DNA of 46,347 nt from a virus. Both the position numbers and the translations under genes were made by a program. Shown here piece after piece: positions 28,108 through 36,022 of this stretch (the first letter of the stretch is position 1; each line of letters starts with the position of its first letter). The stretch is from the IMG/VR virus record IMGVR_UViG_3300018081_000003; one strand, 5' to 3'. The notes beneath the pieces are model-generated. The model saw nothing but the letters and a program-made list of their open reading frames with translations, was not told the DNA's origin and did no database searches.

Positions 28108-28698
28108 CTATGACGACGCGACCACTTTGTCAACAGTAGCGCGTTTCGTGCCTTCCCAAGTATCGTGCTTGATGACGATCTTGGCTCTCAGGCCAACCCA
28201 CTGTGTCAAGTCGAGCGACCTACCCACCGGGGGCGCACCAATGTTCTGAATGAACCGCTTCAAATTGAACTTCGACATCTTGTTATTCTCAAGGGACAAC
28301 TTACGGTAAATGAGCACCAGTCCATCAGGCGCTTCTTCAAGTGGATAATCAGCAGGGAATGCATCAGTAGGAATGTAGAAGCTAACAGCGGCATATCGCT
28401 TATTGTTACCGCTCATCTTCGCTTCTACAGCCTTAATCTCCGCCTCATATTGACCCTCAGGGAGAGGCAACGGAGCTTCTGCATCATCAATGTCGTCTGT
28501 AAATTCGATGATGCTGCCGAGTTCGTCGTCGTTAATCATGGTTTGTCCTTTTTGTGTTGACTTGTTAATAGTGTCGTTAGGTAAATCGGCTGTCAAGTCC
28601 CTAGGTCTAGATGCAATTACATTCATGTCTACAATATCTAGGGGGTTCACAACTTCAGGCGCAGGTAAATTACGAGCATTTCGAGGGGTCTTAGCCAT
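28108..28698 (-). CDS. DUF669-like putative ssDNA-binding protein
   Basis: 196 aa. Acidic linker followed by a beta-rich C-terminal half. Sits next to a Sak4-like ATPase, an arrangement typical of DUF669 genes. Confidence 0.45.
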   Translation of the reverse strand: MAKTPRNARNLPAPEVVNPLDIVDMNVIASRPRDLTADLPNDTINKSTQKGQTMINDDELGSIIEFTDDIDDAEAPLPLPEGQYEAEIKAVEAKMSGNNKRYAAVSFYIPTDAFPADYPLEEAPDGLVLIYRKLSLENNKMSKFNLKRFIQNIGAPPVGRSLDLTQWVGLRAKIVIKHDTWEGTKRATVDKVVASS

Positions 28699-28870
28699 TG
28701 TTTAATTCCTTCCTAATAGCGAGCCATGTGCATCTCGCTAATGCTTGAACGTATGGGTCTTTTTCATCCATCCATCGCTCTACACTTGGTCCTAATTTCT
28801 CAACCATCAATCTTCGAGTTTCAAAAGAAATTCTCATTAATGCAGAGTCGTCGAGTTGTTTAATGTCCAT
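28691..28870 (-). CDS. hypothetical protein (59 aa, below track cutoff)
   Basis: ATG 28870 immediately follows the TAA of the upstream gene, and its own stop overlaps the next start by 8 nt. Hand-translated as MDIKQLDDSALMRISFETRRLMVEKLGPSVERWMDEKDPYVQALARCTWLAIRKELNNG. Confidence 0.5.
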   Translation of the reverse strand: MDIKQLDDSALMRISFETRRLMVEKLGPSVERWMDEKDPYVQALARCTWLAIRKELNNG

Positions 28871-29722
28871 TTACATCTCCATCTGTTTTCTCAGCTTAAT
28901 ATACTCAGCACTTCCAGGTAGGGGGATTTTGCTCTTATTATTTTTATTCCACATCTCCCACCACGTAGCAATCCCGTCTCCTTCATTCGTATCAGCGTTA
29001 TACGTATAAGGAAATTCGGGTTCTTTACTCGTCACAAACATGCGAGTCTTCATAGGTTTTCGTGATCTACAAGGTCGAATAGCAATATACCGTCCTTTTC
29101 CTCCAACCTCGTAGACTCCCCAAGCCTCGCTAAAATCGATTGGTACACTATTGGGGAGTGTGCCGCCAAGAGCAACAGATATGAAAAGAACTGTGCCCTC
29201 GTCAGACGTAGTTGGACTATCCTCGTGCGCGATGAACACACAGTGTTTAGCATACTGCCCAGTAAGTCTGAGGACATTCTTCACCAGCTTCAATGTTAGA
29301 CGGTTGCGGAATTGGTAGCTACCCGGAGCGGGTCGTTCTACCTGTGAGCCTTTTACTAGTGAAGAAGCGATCCCGGCATCAAGGGACTTATCACTAGCAT
29401 TAGTAATGCTATCAATAATGAAACTATCATAACGTTGTAGAACAGCTTTCGTAAGGCCAAGCGGTTCATTTTCGCTTTTGAAAGTCTCTGTGATAGCGTG
29501 TGTATTAGATGAGTAATCGAGAACATCTACATCCTCCCGATTAGCTACACTAGCAGGACCATCAGGGTCGAAGTTAACAATCAGCTTCCTACCGGGTAGT
29601 GTGCAAGCTAATGTTGTCTTACCTCCACCCGATGGACCCCATATGAGAGCAGTTAGACGGTTACTGCTATTACTCGCTCTCCGTATCTCTTGTCCTTTAA
29701 TCGTTATCGTTTCTTCATCCAT
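28871..29722 (-). CDS. Sak4-like RecA-fold ATPase (AAA_24-type)
   Basis: Walker A GPSGGGKTT and Walker B-like FIIDSITN. 283 aa. Lies within the recombination/replication module. Confidence 0.65.
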   Translation of the reverse strand: MDEETITIKGQEIRRASNSSNRLTALIWGPSGGGKTTLACTLPGRKLIVNFDPDGPASVANREDVDVLDYSSNTHAITETFKSENEPLGLTKAVLQRYDSFIIDSITNASDKSLDAGIASSLVKGSQVERPAPGSYQFRNRLTLKLVKNVLRLTGQYAKHCVFIAHEDSPTTSDEGTVLFISVALGGTLPNSVPIDFSEAWGVYEVGGKGRYIAIRPCRSRKPMKTRMFVTSKEPEFPYTYNADTNEGDGIATWWEMWNKNNKSKIPLPGSAEYIKLRKQMEM

Positions 29723-30027
29723 CAGAGGGATATCTCCTCTCCATCATTTGGTACTTTAGGAAGACAGAGAGGTGCATTACGCTTCGACCAATCAAACCGT
29801 CTCAGGTACTCATTAAATGTATTCTCCAAACTACCTCCTTCTGTCTTCTTATCGTAGCTACCACTCTGGAGGATGAATTTCACCTCCAACTCGCCATCCA
29901 TCACGCGACCAGTAACACTAATCTCAAGATCGAAGTAGCTCGGGGGGTCGTCGAGCTTACCGAGTTCATCACGCATATGTTTCACAGCTTCAATCAGCCT
30001 ATCCTCAAGCCTACTGAATACTTCCAT
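29722..30027 (-). CDS. hypothetical protein (101 aa)
   Basis: Its stop overlaps the next start (TGATG coupling). Confidence 0.6.
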   Translation of the reverse strand: MEVFSRLEDRLIEAVKHMRDELGKLDDPPSYFDLEISVTGRVMDGELEVKFILQSGSYDKKTEGGSLENTFNEYLRRFDWSKRNAPLCLPKVPNDGEEISL

Positions 30028-30262
30028 TATCCTTCTCCATTCGTTTGTTGTTTTGCTCTTCTACTCTATTCGCACACTCTAACAAGTTCATAGCAACTTC
30101 TCTAGCATCGTTTACACTTAGAAACACTTCATTGGCAGTAATACGCACGGCTACATAATAATCTGATTTCGTAGGGTCTTTAGGGATCGCAATTCCCATA
30201 TCAATCCCGACTATTCTTTGTTCTTCAGCTACGTCACTTTGTTTGTCATCGTCATCCATCAC
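30011..30262 (-). CDS. hypothetical protein (83 aa)
   Basis: Compact ORF overlapping both neighbours by a few nt. Confidence 0.55.
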   Translation of the reverse strand: MMDDDDKQSDVAEEQRIVGIDMGIAIPKDPTKSDYYVAVRITANEVFLSVNDAREVAMNLLECANRVEEQNNKRMEKDNGSIQ

Positions 30263-31302
30263 GCTACCTCATTAGTAAGAGGATTCCACATATCTTCTCT
30301 AAACTCATCTGTGAGCATTGCCTCTTGTTCATCTCTCGTTATCGTGCAGAATGGGATGAACATACACGGTTGGAAGTATCTATTACAGCTATGAGTGTAC
30401 ATCGGACTGTCTAAAACTTTATCCTTATAAAGTTCTATCGTCTTATACGTATCAAGCAACCACTTCATCCATCTGTCGATGTTTTCATCACTTCTAGTAA
30501 CTCGCTCCGCAACAATTCCCCCAATTTCCACGTTACGAGGAAGTGGGATTTGCAATCCATGCACCACACCGCTATTGATATCTCTTCTTTCTTTGGGTGA
30601 AACGATAAACCTGCTTGCAAAGATGTAGCCCGTAACTTGGTGAGACATGTGGAAGGACATTGCCCAGGCATCATTAATACGACTGCCGGTTTTGTTCTCG
30701 TGGACCTCGATTTGTCCATTGTCTCTGTTATCAATGATCGCATCGACTTTGCCCACGAACCTAAATCGTCCAAGATCACACTCAATGAGGAGATTGATTG
30801 GTACTTCGATCCCGATAAATCCAGTCTCTTTGTCAACGTAAGGAGTCCATGCCGCGAAGTTGTGATGTTGTAAGTAAGCTCGACAAGCATCCTCGATATT
30901 TTGTAAAGTGCGACGTTTATCTCTCGGATCGTCGTAGTATCCTGAGGTATGGAGAGCTTCAAGAGAGAAGTTCGTGATCGCTTCGGTAGGGGTCTCTGCA
31001 TTTCTAAAAGCGGCATGCATCGTATCAAAGCGATCTCTGCCGAATTGCTGTGTTCCCTTAATGATCGCAAGATCGTGATGCTTTCCGTTAAACAGACTAG
31101 CGTATCTTGCGGCGGCAAATACTTCATGACAAGCACTCCCGGCTTCTAAGGCTAAGTTACGTCCTTCTGCTGTAGGTGTTAGACCTTTTACGTATCGGAT
31201 CATGCCCCACATAGGACATGTGTTTATCGCACTGCCCTTTGTGTGATCTATCCAATCTACATTGTCGTCCTCTTTAGTTGCGAGACGTATGCTAACATCC
31301 AT
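30259..31302 (-). CDS. PD-(D/E)XK Cas4-like exonuclease
   Basis: GKVDAIID...IEVHENK matches D...ExK. C-terminal cysteine cluster CNRYFQPCMFIPFC plus an N-terminal Cys (INTCPMW). ATG 31302 follows AGGAG (the track start is 31365). Confidence 0.7.
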   Translation of the reverse strand: MDVSIRLATKEDDNVDWIDHTKGSAINTCPMWGMIRYVKGLTPTAEGRNLALEAGSACHEVFAAARYASLFNGKHHDLAIIKGTQQFGRDRFDTMHAAFRNAETPTEAITNFSLEALHTSGYYDDPRDKRRTLQNIEDACRAYLQHHNFAAWTPYVDKETGFIGIEVPINLLIECDLGRFRFVGKVDAIIDNRDNGQIEVHENKTGSRINDAWAMSFHMSHQVTGYIFASRFIVSPKERRDINSGVVHGLQIPLPRNVEIGGIVAERVTRSDENIDRWMKWLLDTYKTIELYKDKVLDSPMYTHSCNRYFQPCMFIPFCTITRDEQEAMLTDEFREDMWNPLTNEVA

Positions 31303-31448
31303 AATGCCGCTCCTGTCATTATTGCTACTATTAATGTTGCAAGATGTGGATGACGAACATACCACGGTAAGGGTTTATATGGATCGACCATATTGTAACG
31401 TTTATAGTCGAATGGATAAGGTGGTGGTTTTGTGGACATTGAACCCAT
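31257..31448 (-). CDS. small membrane protein (63 aa)
   Basis: GGAGAGGAGAGAGG RBS before ATG 31448. C-terminal TM helix LATLIVAIMTGAALWMLAYV. Confidence 0.5.
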   Translation of the reverse strand: MGSMSTKPPPYPFDYKRYNMVDPYKPLPWYVRHPHLATLIVAIMTGAALWMLAYVSQLKRTTM

Positions 31449-31603
31449 CACCTCTCTCCTCTCCATATCTCGTCTAATGCTTCAATATCTCTAGCTATAT
31501 GTACCGGTAGAAATCCCAACTTACGCCATTCATCATAGTGTCTGTTTACTCTATATACATTTATAAAGTAGCGTATGTGCCTTATAATAGGCCATCTTTT
31601 CAT
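31448..31603 (-). CDS. hypothetical basic protein (51 aa, below track cutoff)
   Basis: ATGA overlap at its start and TGATG overlap at its stop. Hand-translated as MKRWPIIRHIRYFINVYRVNRHYDEWRKLGFLPVHIARDIEALDEIWRGER. Confidence 0.5.
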   Translation of the reverse strand: MKRWPIIRHIRYFINVYRVNRHYDEWRKLGFLPVHIARDIEALDEIWRGER

Positions 31604-31839
31604 TGTTCATCCTCCGGTAACTTACCTCTTACTCTCTCTACATTATCTCTTAAAGCCTTATAACCACCTGCAATACCAGCTATCATATCAATCATCTTAT
31701 CCATAGTCCTCGTCAATTCGTTCATCTGTTCATTCATCGCGCCTATATGTTCGATAATCTCAGCTTCGACTAACATTGAAGCCTTAGCTGGTCCGTGTTC
31801 TTTATATAGTTGTGGTAGATTACGGGCATGGTACTTCAT
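31600..31839 (-). CDS. hypothetical protein (79 aa)
   Basis: Coupled to both neighbours. No motif recognised. Confidence 0.6.
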   Translation of the reverse strand: MKYHARNLPQLYKEHGPAKASMLVEAEIIEHIGAMNEQMNELTRTMDKMIDMIAGIAGGYKALRDNVERVRGKLPEDEQ

Positions 31840-32147
31840 GCGGCCTCTCCTTTCGAGGGGGGTCCATCTGCGTCATCCAACTGCAATTGTAATCCAATCA
31901 CATTGTTGAGACGGTTCTCTGCTTCACTAATTAAGTCGTCAGCTTTAGTAAGTAGACGCTTATATTTCAATAGCTCCCGCTCCACCTTATCCCTAACGGA
32001 ACCGGCGGTTAGCTTACCAGTAAGTTTACGTAGGCGTTCGATCTTGTCACCGATCCGCGCCCTTCGTGTCCTTATATGTGTAAGCCATTCGCGATATGTG
32101 TCCGTAGGTATCGTGGATAAGTCATCAGGAAAGATGAAATTACTCAT
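31836..32147 (-). CDS. hypothetical protein (103 aa)
   Basis: Track ORF 31836..32168. ATG 32147 lies 6 nt after GGAGG. Confidence 0.6.
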   Translation of the reverse strand: MSNFIFPDDLSTIPTDTYREWLTHIRTRRARIGDKIERLRKLTGKLTAGSVRDKVERELLKYKRLLTKADDLISEAENRLNNVIGLQLQLDDADGPPSKGEAA

Positions 32148-32343
32148 TATTCGCCTCCAGTTTATCAATCATCTTCCTTGCTTCTTCAAATGCTGTTTCA
32201 AGGCTGTCAGTTACGCCACTTAGTGTTAAGTCTACCTTCGACTTGATGTGGAAGATATATCTATCTCGATGGTCTTTATTCACATGTATCACGTAGTTCT
32301 TATAAACGACAGGACGGTTCTTATCGATCCGAGTTACTGTCAT
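32140..32343 (-). CDS. hypothetical protein (67 aa)
   Basis: First ORF after the 200-bp intergenic region. GAGG RBS. Confidence 0.6.
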   Translation of the reverse strand: MTVTRIDKNRPVVYKNYVIHVNKDHRDRYIFHIKSKVDLTLSGVTDSLETAFEEARKMIDKLEANNE

Positions 32344-32387
32344 GGTAGCCTCGATAGCTTGGGGATTTGTGCCTACGAATGTAGGTC

Positions 32388-32401
32388 TTTATACGTATAA
32401 G
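32388..32401. promoter_or_regulatory. palindromic-box copy (TTTATACGTATAAG)
   Basis: Perfect 12-bp core at 32389..32400, about 50 nt upstream of ATG 32343 (minus strand). Confidence 0.6.
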
Positions 32402-32419
32402 GTAATTTAAAATTATAAG

Positions 32420-32517
32420 TTAAAAGGGGAGGCCCAACACCTTCCTTGGGGGTCAGCACAAGATGTTGGGCCTCGTTCGTCTTCGATACGCTAGATGAAG
32501 ACGATTACTCACTTACA
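32420..32517 (-). ncRNA. candidate ~100-nt leader or short RNA between a sigma70-like promoter and a terminator hairpin
   Basis: Predicted TSS near 32517. Hairpin 1 is CGTCTTC/GAAGACG (32478..32503). Hairpin 2 has an 11-bp stem GAGGCCCAACA/TGTTGGGCCTC (32429..32474), followed on the minus strand by CCCTTTTAACTTATAATTTT. Confidence 0.3.
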
Positions 32518-32523
32518 ACTATA

Positions 32524-32552
32524 ATGATAGCATAGTTGTTTTCTTATGTCAA
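32524..32552 (-). promoter_or_regulatory. sigma70-like promoter (TTGACA-17-TATCAT)
   Basis: On the minus strand: a consensus -35 TTGACA (32552..32547), a 17-nt spacer and -10 TATCAT (32529..32524). It overlaps the last codons of the upstream ORF. Confidence 0.45.
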
Positions 32553-32879
32553 GTTAGCTTTCCGTTGTACACTGACCTTTAAGTATGGAGTTACGACTTC
32601 ACATTTCTTAAGGATATCCTCCGAGACATGTGTCATCAGCAGTTCGGTTTTGTAGAAAGTGCGCTTCATTTCAGTGGACATGGCATCGTATATCTTACCA
32701 CTGTAGACACCTGGGCCGTATGTATAGAGTGTATTCTTCAGTTCGGCTTCACGTTTCTCCAACTGCTTTCGTTGTTCATTCACCTCTCCAAGTTCATCTA
32801 CAATACGCTGGATGGCAGTCTTACCTTTAGTCTCAAGGTTGATAACTCTAGATTTAGTTCCAAGTTTAAGCGAAGTCAT
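32544..32879 (-). CDS. hypothetical protein (111 aa)
   Basis: ATGA overlap with the upstream stop. Confidence 0.65.
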   Translation of the reverse strand: MTSLKLGTKSRVINLETKGKTAIQRIVDELGEVNEQRKQLEKREAELKNTLYTYGPGVYSGKIYDAMSTEMKRTFYKTELLMTHVSEDILKKCEVVTPYLKVSVQRKANLT

Positions 32880-33316
32880 CGTCTACACCTCCATCTTTTA
32901 CCATAGTATACAGTACGCATATTGTGTCTCATACATGTACGCTTATCACCATGTAAGTCGCGCTTATACAAGTAACGTATATTACGCGGTCGTGATCGTG
33001 GTAGTGTCGCATGTTCTACCTGCGCGACATCTTGGCGCTCCAGATTGTTATTGCGATCATCGATGCGTGTATTCAGCGCGACAGAGGGTCGCGCGGTATC
33101 ACCTTCATTCGTCAGCACTATAGGTATCACTCTCACGAACTTCTTCATATCGCCGAGTGGTAGCCATCTCTCAACGAATGTTTCTGGACTACTAGCGCGA
33201 GTTATCGTCATCGACTGTACCTTCACAGGAACAATCGTATCTGCATGACAGCACGCGATACTACCAATACCCGCTACGAGCATCGGTATCGATCCTATGA
33301 GTATGGAGTATTTCAT
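32876..33316 (-). CDS. secreted or membrane-anchored protein with N-terminal signal sequence (146 aa)
   Basis: Track ORF 32876..33577. The internal ATG 33316 has an ATGA overlap with a 30-aa ORF. MKYSILIGSIPMLVAGIGSIACCHA looks like a signal peptide. The C-terminus is very basic. Confidence 0.5.
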   Translation of the reverse strand: MKYSILIGSIPMLVAGIGSIACCHADTIVPVKVQSMTITRASSPETFVERWLPLGDMKKFVRVIPIVLTNEGDTARPSVALNTRIDDRNNNLERQDVAQVEHATLPRSRPRNIRYLYKRDLHGDKRTCMRHNMRTVYYGKRWRCRR

Positions 33317-33405
33317 CTTGTGAATACGAACCATAGGACCACGTATATAGCGAGAAGGAGCCCCACTGAGATGAGTAACAATACGTGGGTATCCTTGTTG
33401 TTCAT
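33313..33405 (-). CDS. 30-aa single-pass membrane peptide (micro-ORF)
   Basis: GGAGAAGGG RBS. ATGA overlaps at both ends. Hand-translated as MNNKDTHVLLLISVGLLLAIYVVLWFVFTR. Confidence 0.45.
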   Translation of the reverse strand: MNNKDTHVLLLISVGLLLAIYVVLWFVFTR

Positions 33406-33707
33406 GCAGCCCTTCTCCTTTTAACAAGAGAGAGCGCATTGACATTCGTATCGCCGATAACCACAGGTTTACGACAATACGCACGCATCGATATGTAAAG
33501 TCGAGCCACCGTACAGTATCGTGGATAACGCGTTGGACCAACGAACCATCCGTATAGTGTCGCGTACTTAATCTCACCGTCAGTCTCCCTCTCTATATCG
33601 CGTAAGATCTTACCGAATGCCTTACCTTCCATCGATGCGCGGAGGTCGATCAGTGCACGCATCACATCGATGATAGGGTCTTTGAACTTAATCTTGTATA
33701 CGCTCAT
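33402..33707 (-). CDS. hypothetical protein (101 aa)
   Basis: AGAGG RBS. No motif recognised. Confidence 0.6.
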   Translation of the reverse strand: MSVYKIKFKDPIIDVMRALIDLRASMEGKAFGKILRDIERETDGEIKYATLYGWFVGPTRYPRYCTVARLYISMRAYCRKPVVIGDTNVNALSLVKRRRAA

Positions 33708-33710
33708 AGC

Positions 33711-33845
33711 CTACCTCTTTTCTATCTTGAGGTCATATCCTAGACACTCAAGAGTAAAGCCAACGACGCACCATGCTACTGTGATGCACCATGATGCAAC
33801 TAAGGTGAGCAATGCAGCATGAAGGATGGTATCAATCACTTCCAT
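33711..33845 (-). CDS. 44-aa membrane peptide (micro-ORF)
   Basis: Hand-translated as MEVIDTILHAALLTLVASWCITVAWCVVGFTLECLGYDLKIEKR. Fills the gap between the HNH gene and the next ORF. Its start overlaps the HNH 3' end by 14 nt. Confidence 0.4.
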   Translation of the reverse strand: MEVIDTILHAALLTLVASWCITVAWCVVGFTLECLGYDLKIEKR

Positions 33846-34362
33846 TCTTAGTTGCTCCCTTCGCTAGTGACTCCTCTCCATATACAGGATCATTGAACCT
33901 ACCATCCTGTAAGTGGATGTGGTTATACGCTCTCCCATTAGCGATCTCGCTTATAAGGCTGGCTGAACAACCATACCTTTCACCGATAACGCTATAGGGT
34001 ACCTTTTGTAAGATGAGTTTCTTAATATGTCTCACCGCATGATGAGGCATACCGTGTCTTTGTCTCTCCTTCATATCATCCATGTTCTTCTGGTGACTTC
34101 CAGGTACCAGATGTGCTGGGTTACAGCACATCCGGTTATCACAGGAGTGTCGGATGAGTATGTCGGATGATAACGTCTCCCCTGTCGTCAACTCATACAC
34201 TATACGATAGGCGAGGAGCTTCTTACCATCTACACTTAGGTAAGGGCGACTATCTTTACCAACTAAGGCACCAGTCCATAGCCAGCAATCGTTATCACCC
34301 CTAATAGTAATCCACCTAAACACGTCTACCTTTTGGTTTGGTGGGCGGAATTTCTTTGACAT
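33832..34362 (-). CDS. HNH homing endonuclease
   Basis: HSCDNRMCCNPAHL...HQKN HNH_3-type motif. ATG 34362 follows GAGGAAAAGAG (the track start is 34380). Confidence 0.8.
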   Translation of the reverse strand: MSKKFRPPNQKVDVFRWITIRGDNDCWLWTGALVGKDSRPYLSVDGKKLLAYRIVYELTTGETLSSDILIRHSCDNRMCCNPAHLVPGSHQKNMDDMKERQRHGMPHHAVRHIKKLILQKVPYSVIGERYGCSASLISEIANGRAYNHIHLQDGRFNDPVYGEESLAKGATKNGSD

Positions 34363-34621
34363 CTCTTTTCCTCGATCCATTACGCACTTCTACAATCAAC
34401 GACTTACTACTCAGCATCCTACGCAACATGCGAACGGCATCCTTATTACTCGAAGCATGAACTGCTATCTCGAATAATAATGTGTACCGTTCGATCTCCC
34501 ACTTACGAGTGTTAGCGTCTTCTATCAGATTGATATGTACGCTCTCATCATATGTTAGTGGCCGCATCACCTTAAGCACTACATACTCAGTCTTCTTGCG
34601 GCTTATCCTGCCGGTAGTCAT
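34316..34621 (-). CDS. hypothetical protein (101 aa)
   Basis: Track ORF 34316..34636. ATG 34621 lies 6 nt after AAAGGA. Overlaps both neighbours (35 and 47 nt). Confidence 0.45.
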   Translation of the reverse strand: MTTGRISRKKTEYVVLKVMRPLTYDESVHINLIEDANTRKWEIERYTLLFEIAVHASSNKDAVRMLRRMLSSKSLIVEVRNGSRKRDVKEIPPTKPKGRRV

Positions 34622-34865
34622 TGGAAATCCTTTCATGTTTGGGCATCACTTCAAGCAGATCGACAAGAACGCCTCCCGAAATTGTCTCTCTGTGAATGCT
34701 GCCATCGTTATTTAAGAGTAGGTACGTGCCGTCTCTCTCGTAGTGGTTCTTTTGCAGGCCAGTTTCATTGGTTAATATCCAAATGGCCCACCTTCCGTTA
34801 CTCAAACGCTCTACTGATAACAAACGCGTCTCTGGTGGTATGGTTAGTCTCTCATTGATAGCCAT
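34587..34865 (-). CDS. hypothetical protein (92 aa)
   Basis: TAATG overlap with the upstream stop. Confidence 0.6.
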   Translation of the reverse strand: MAINERLTIPPETRLLSVERLSNGRWAIWILTNETGLQKNHYERDGTYLLLNNDGSIHRETISGGVLVDLLEVMPKHERISNDYRQDKPQED

Positions 34866-35047
34866 TAATCCTCCGGCTCTATCCTCTCCTCTGTCTGATA
34901 CTCCGTGAAGATATCCGGTCTAAACTTGGATATCTTATACGTATAACAATCCTCACATGTAAAAGTGAGGAATATGTTGTAGCCATCATACTGTGCCTCA
35001 CGTTGTTTACCAGAGCCACAGCTACATTTACGCCTCTCGTCTAGCAT
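34865..35047 (-). CDS. SEC-C-like zinc-binding small protein (60 aa)
   Basis: Track ORF 34865..35101. ATG 35047 lies 2 nt after the upstream TAG. CSCGSGK...CEDC cysteines. Confidence 0.55.
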   Translation of the reverse strand: MLDERRKCSCGSGKQREAQYDGYNIFLTFTCEDCYTYKISKFRPDIFTEYQTEERIEPED

Positions 35048-35049
35048 GA

Positions 35050-35268
35050 CTACTTGACCTTTACGATAATTCCATCCTTGACGGTTGCTTCTGCATACCA
35101 TGTGTGTGCCTTTGGATAGTGTGGACCCTCTAAGTATACAACGCCATTCTCAGGTAACGTTGCTCCAGTTACATCAGCGTTCGGTTGGTACACTGTCACT
35201 CTCTGTCCTCTCTGTACCGCCTCCTTGAGTGCCTTCTTCGTCAAGTAATTCACCGTCGTGTATGCCAT
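35050..35268 (-). CDS. hypothetical protein (72 aa)
   Basis: Track ORF 35050..35295. ATG 35268 follows AGAGGAA. Confidence 0.6.
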   Translation of the reverse strand: MAYTTVNYLTKKALKEAVQRGQRVTVYQPNADVTGATLPENGVVYLEGPHYPKAHTWYAEATVKDGIIVKVK

Positions 35269-35395
35269 TGTCGTTCCTCTGTCTTGCGAGTTCACATTCT
35301 GGTCGTCGACTACTCTTACAATACGCCACTTTAGACTTCGATAAGCGAAAGTTACTCCTCACTAACGAACTGTATCCACAGTGAGCACAGTTCAT
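35174..35395 (-). CDS. hypothetical Cys-rich protein (73 aa) overlapping the next gene
   Basis: ATGA overlap with the upstream stop. N-terminus MNCAHCGY...C...C. The last ~95 nt overlap 35050..35268 in another frame, so the C-terminal part is doubtful. Confidence 0.35.
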   Translation of the reverse strand: MNCAHCGYSSLVRSNFRLSKSKVAYCKSSRRPECELARQRNDNGIHDGELLDEEGTQGGGTERTESDSVPTER

Positions 35396-35568
35396 TCCTC
35401 TTCTCCTCTCATTTCTTTAATCCATGACAAAAATGCGTTGAGCACATCCGTTTCAAGGTAAACTACATGATCCTCATTATCTCGTGGAGCACGTAGTCTC
35501 ACCATTGTACCGGCCATTGATATATACAGTCCATCCCCGAGATACGTTTCTCCTTTCTCGCTACTCAT
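35392..35568 (-). CDS. hypothetical protein (58 aa)
   Basis: Track ORF 35392..35589. ATG 35568 follows GGAGGA and has an ATGA overlap with the upstream micro-ORF. Confidence 0.55.
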   Translation of the reverse strand: MSSEKGETYLGDGLYISMAGTMVRLRAPRDNEDHVVYLETDVLNAFLSWIKEMRGEEE

Positions 35569-35735
35569 CCCATGTCCTCCATTCCACATGCCTTATAGAA
35601 CTTGTGCTTATCGAACCTAGGATTGTCGATCTTAAACATAGCAGCAAGTTCGACTGCTAATCTCCTCTTCACATTAAGAGGAGCTTCTTCCTCTTTGATG
35701 TATTTAGCGAACATCTCATAACCTTTACGAGTCAT
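35565..35735 (-). CDS. hypothetical protein (56 aa, below track cutoff)
   Basis: ATGA overlaps at both ends. Hand-translated as MTRKGYEMFAKYIKEEEAPLNVKRRLAVELAAMFKIDNPRFDKHKFYKACGMEDMG. Confidence 0.5.
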   Translation of the reverse strand: MTRKGYEMFAKYIKEEEAPLNVKRRLAVELAAMFKIDNPRFDKHKFYKACGMEDMG

Positions 35736-36022
35736 TTCTTCATCTCCCTTATACGATATACGAAGTCCCTAAACGTCTCCTCTGGTTTAGCACGCATGAG
35801 GATGTATTTCTCCTCATTATACTTCACAGCACTCTCTTCGATGCGGGGGGCGCATTTGGGACATACCGCATTGCTACAGAAGAGAATGCCACCCTTTTCG
35901 TCTGAGTCCATGTACTCCTCATTACAGAAGTCACAATTGACGTGCTTACCGGGATCAATTGTGATGACTTGTAGGCCAGGGAGTATCTTTCGCATCTCAT
36001 CTTCGAAGTCACTCATAGCCAT
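35732..36022 (-). CDS. zinc-binding hypothetical protein (96 aa)
   Basis: CDFC...CPKC cysteine pairs. An alternative ATG 36016 gives an ATGA overlap. Confidence 0.6.
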   Translation of the reverse strand: MAMSDFEDEMRKILPGLQVITIDPGKHVNCDFCNEEYMDSDEKGGILFCSNAVCPKCAPRIEESAVKYNEEKYILMRAKPEETFRDFVYRIREMKK

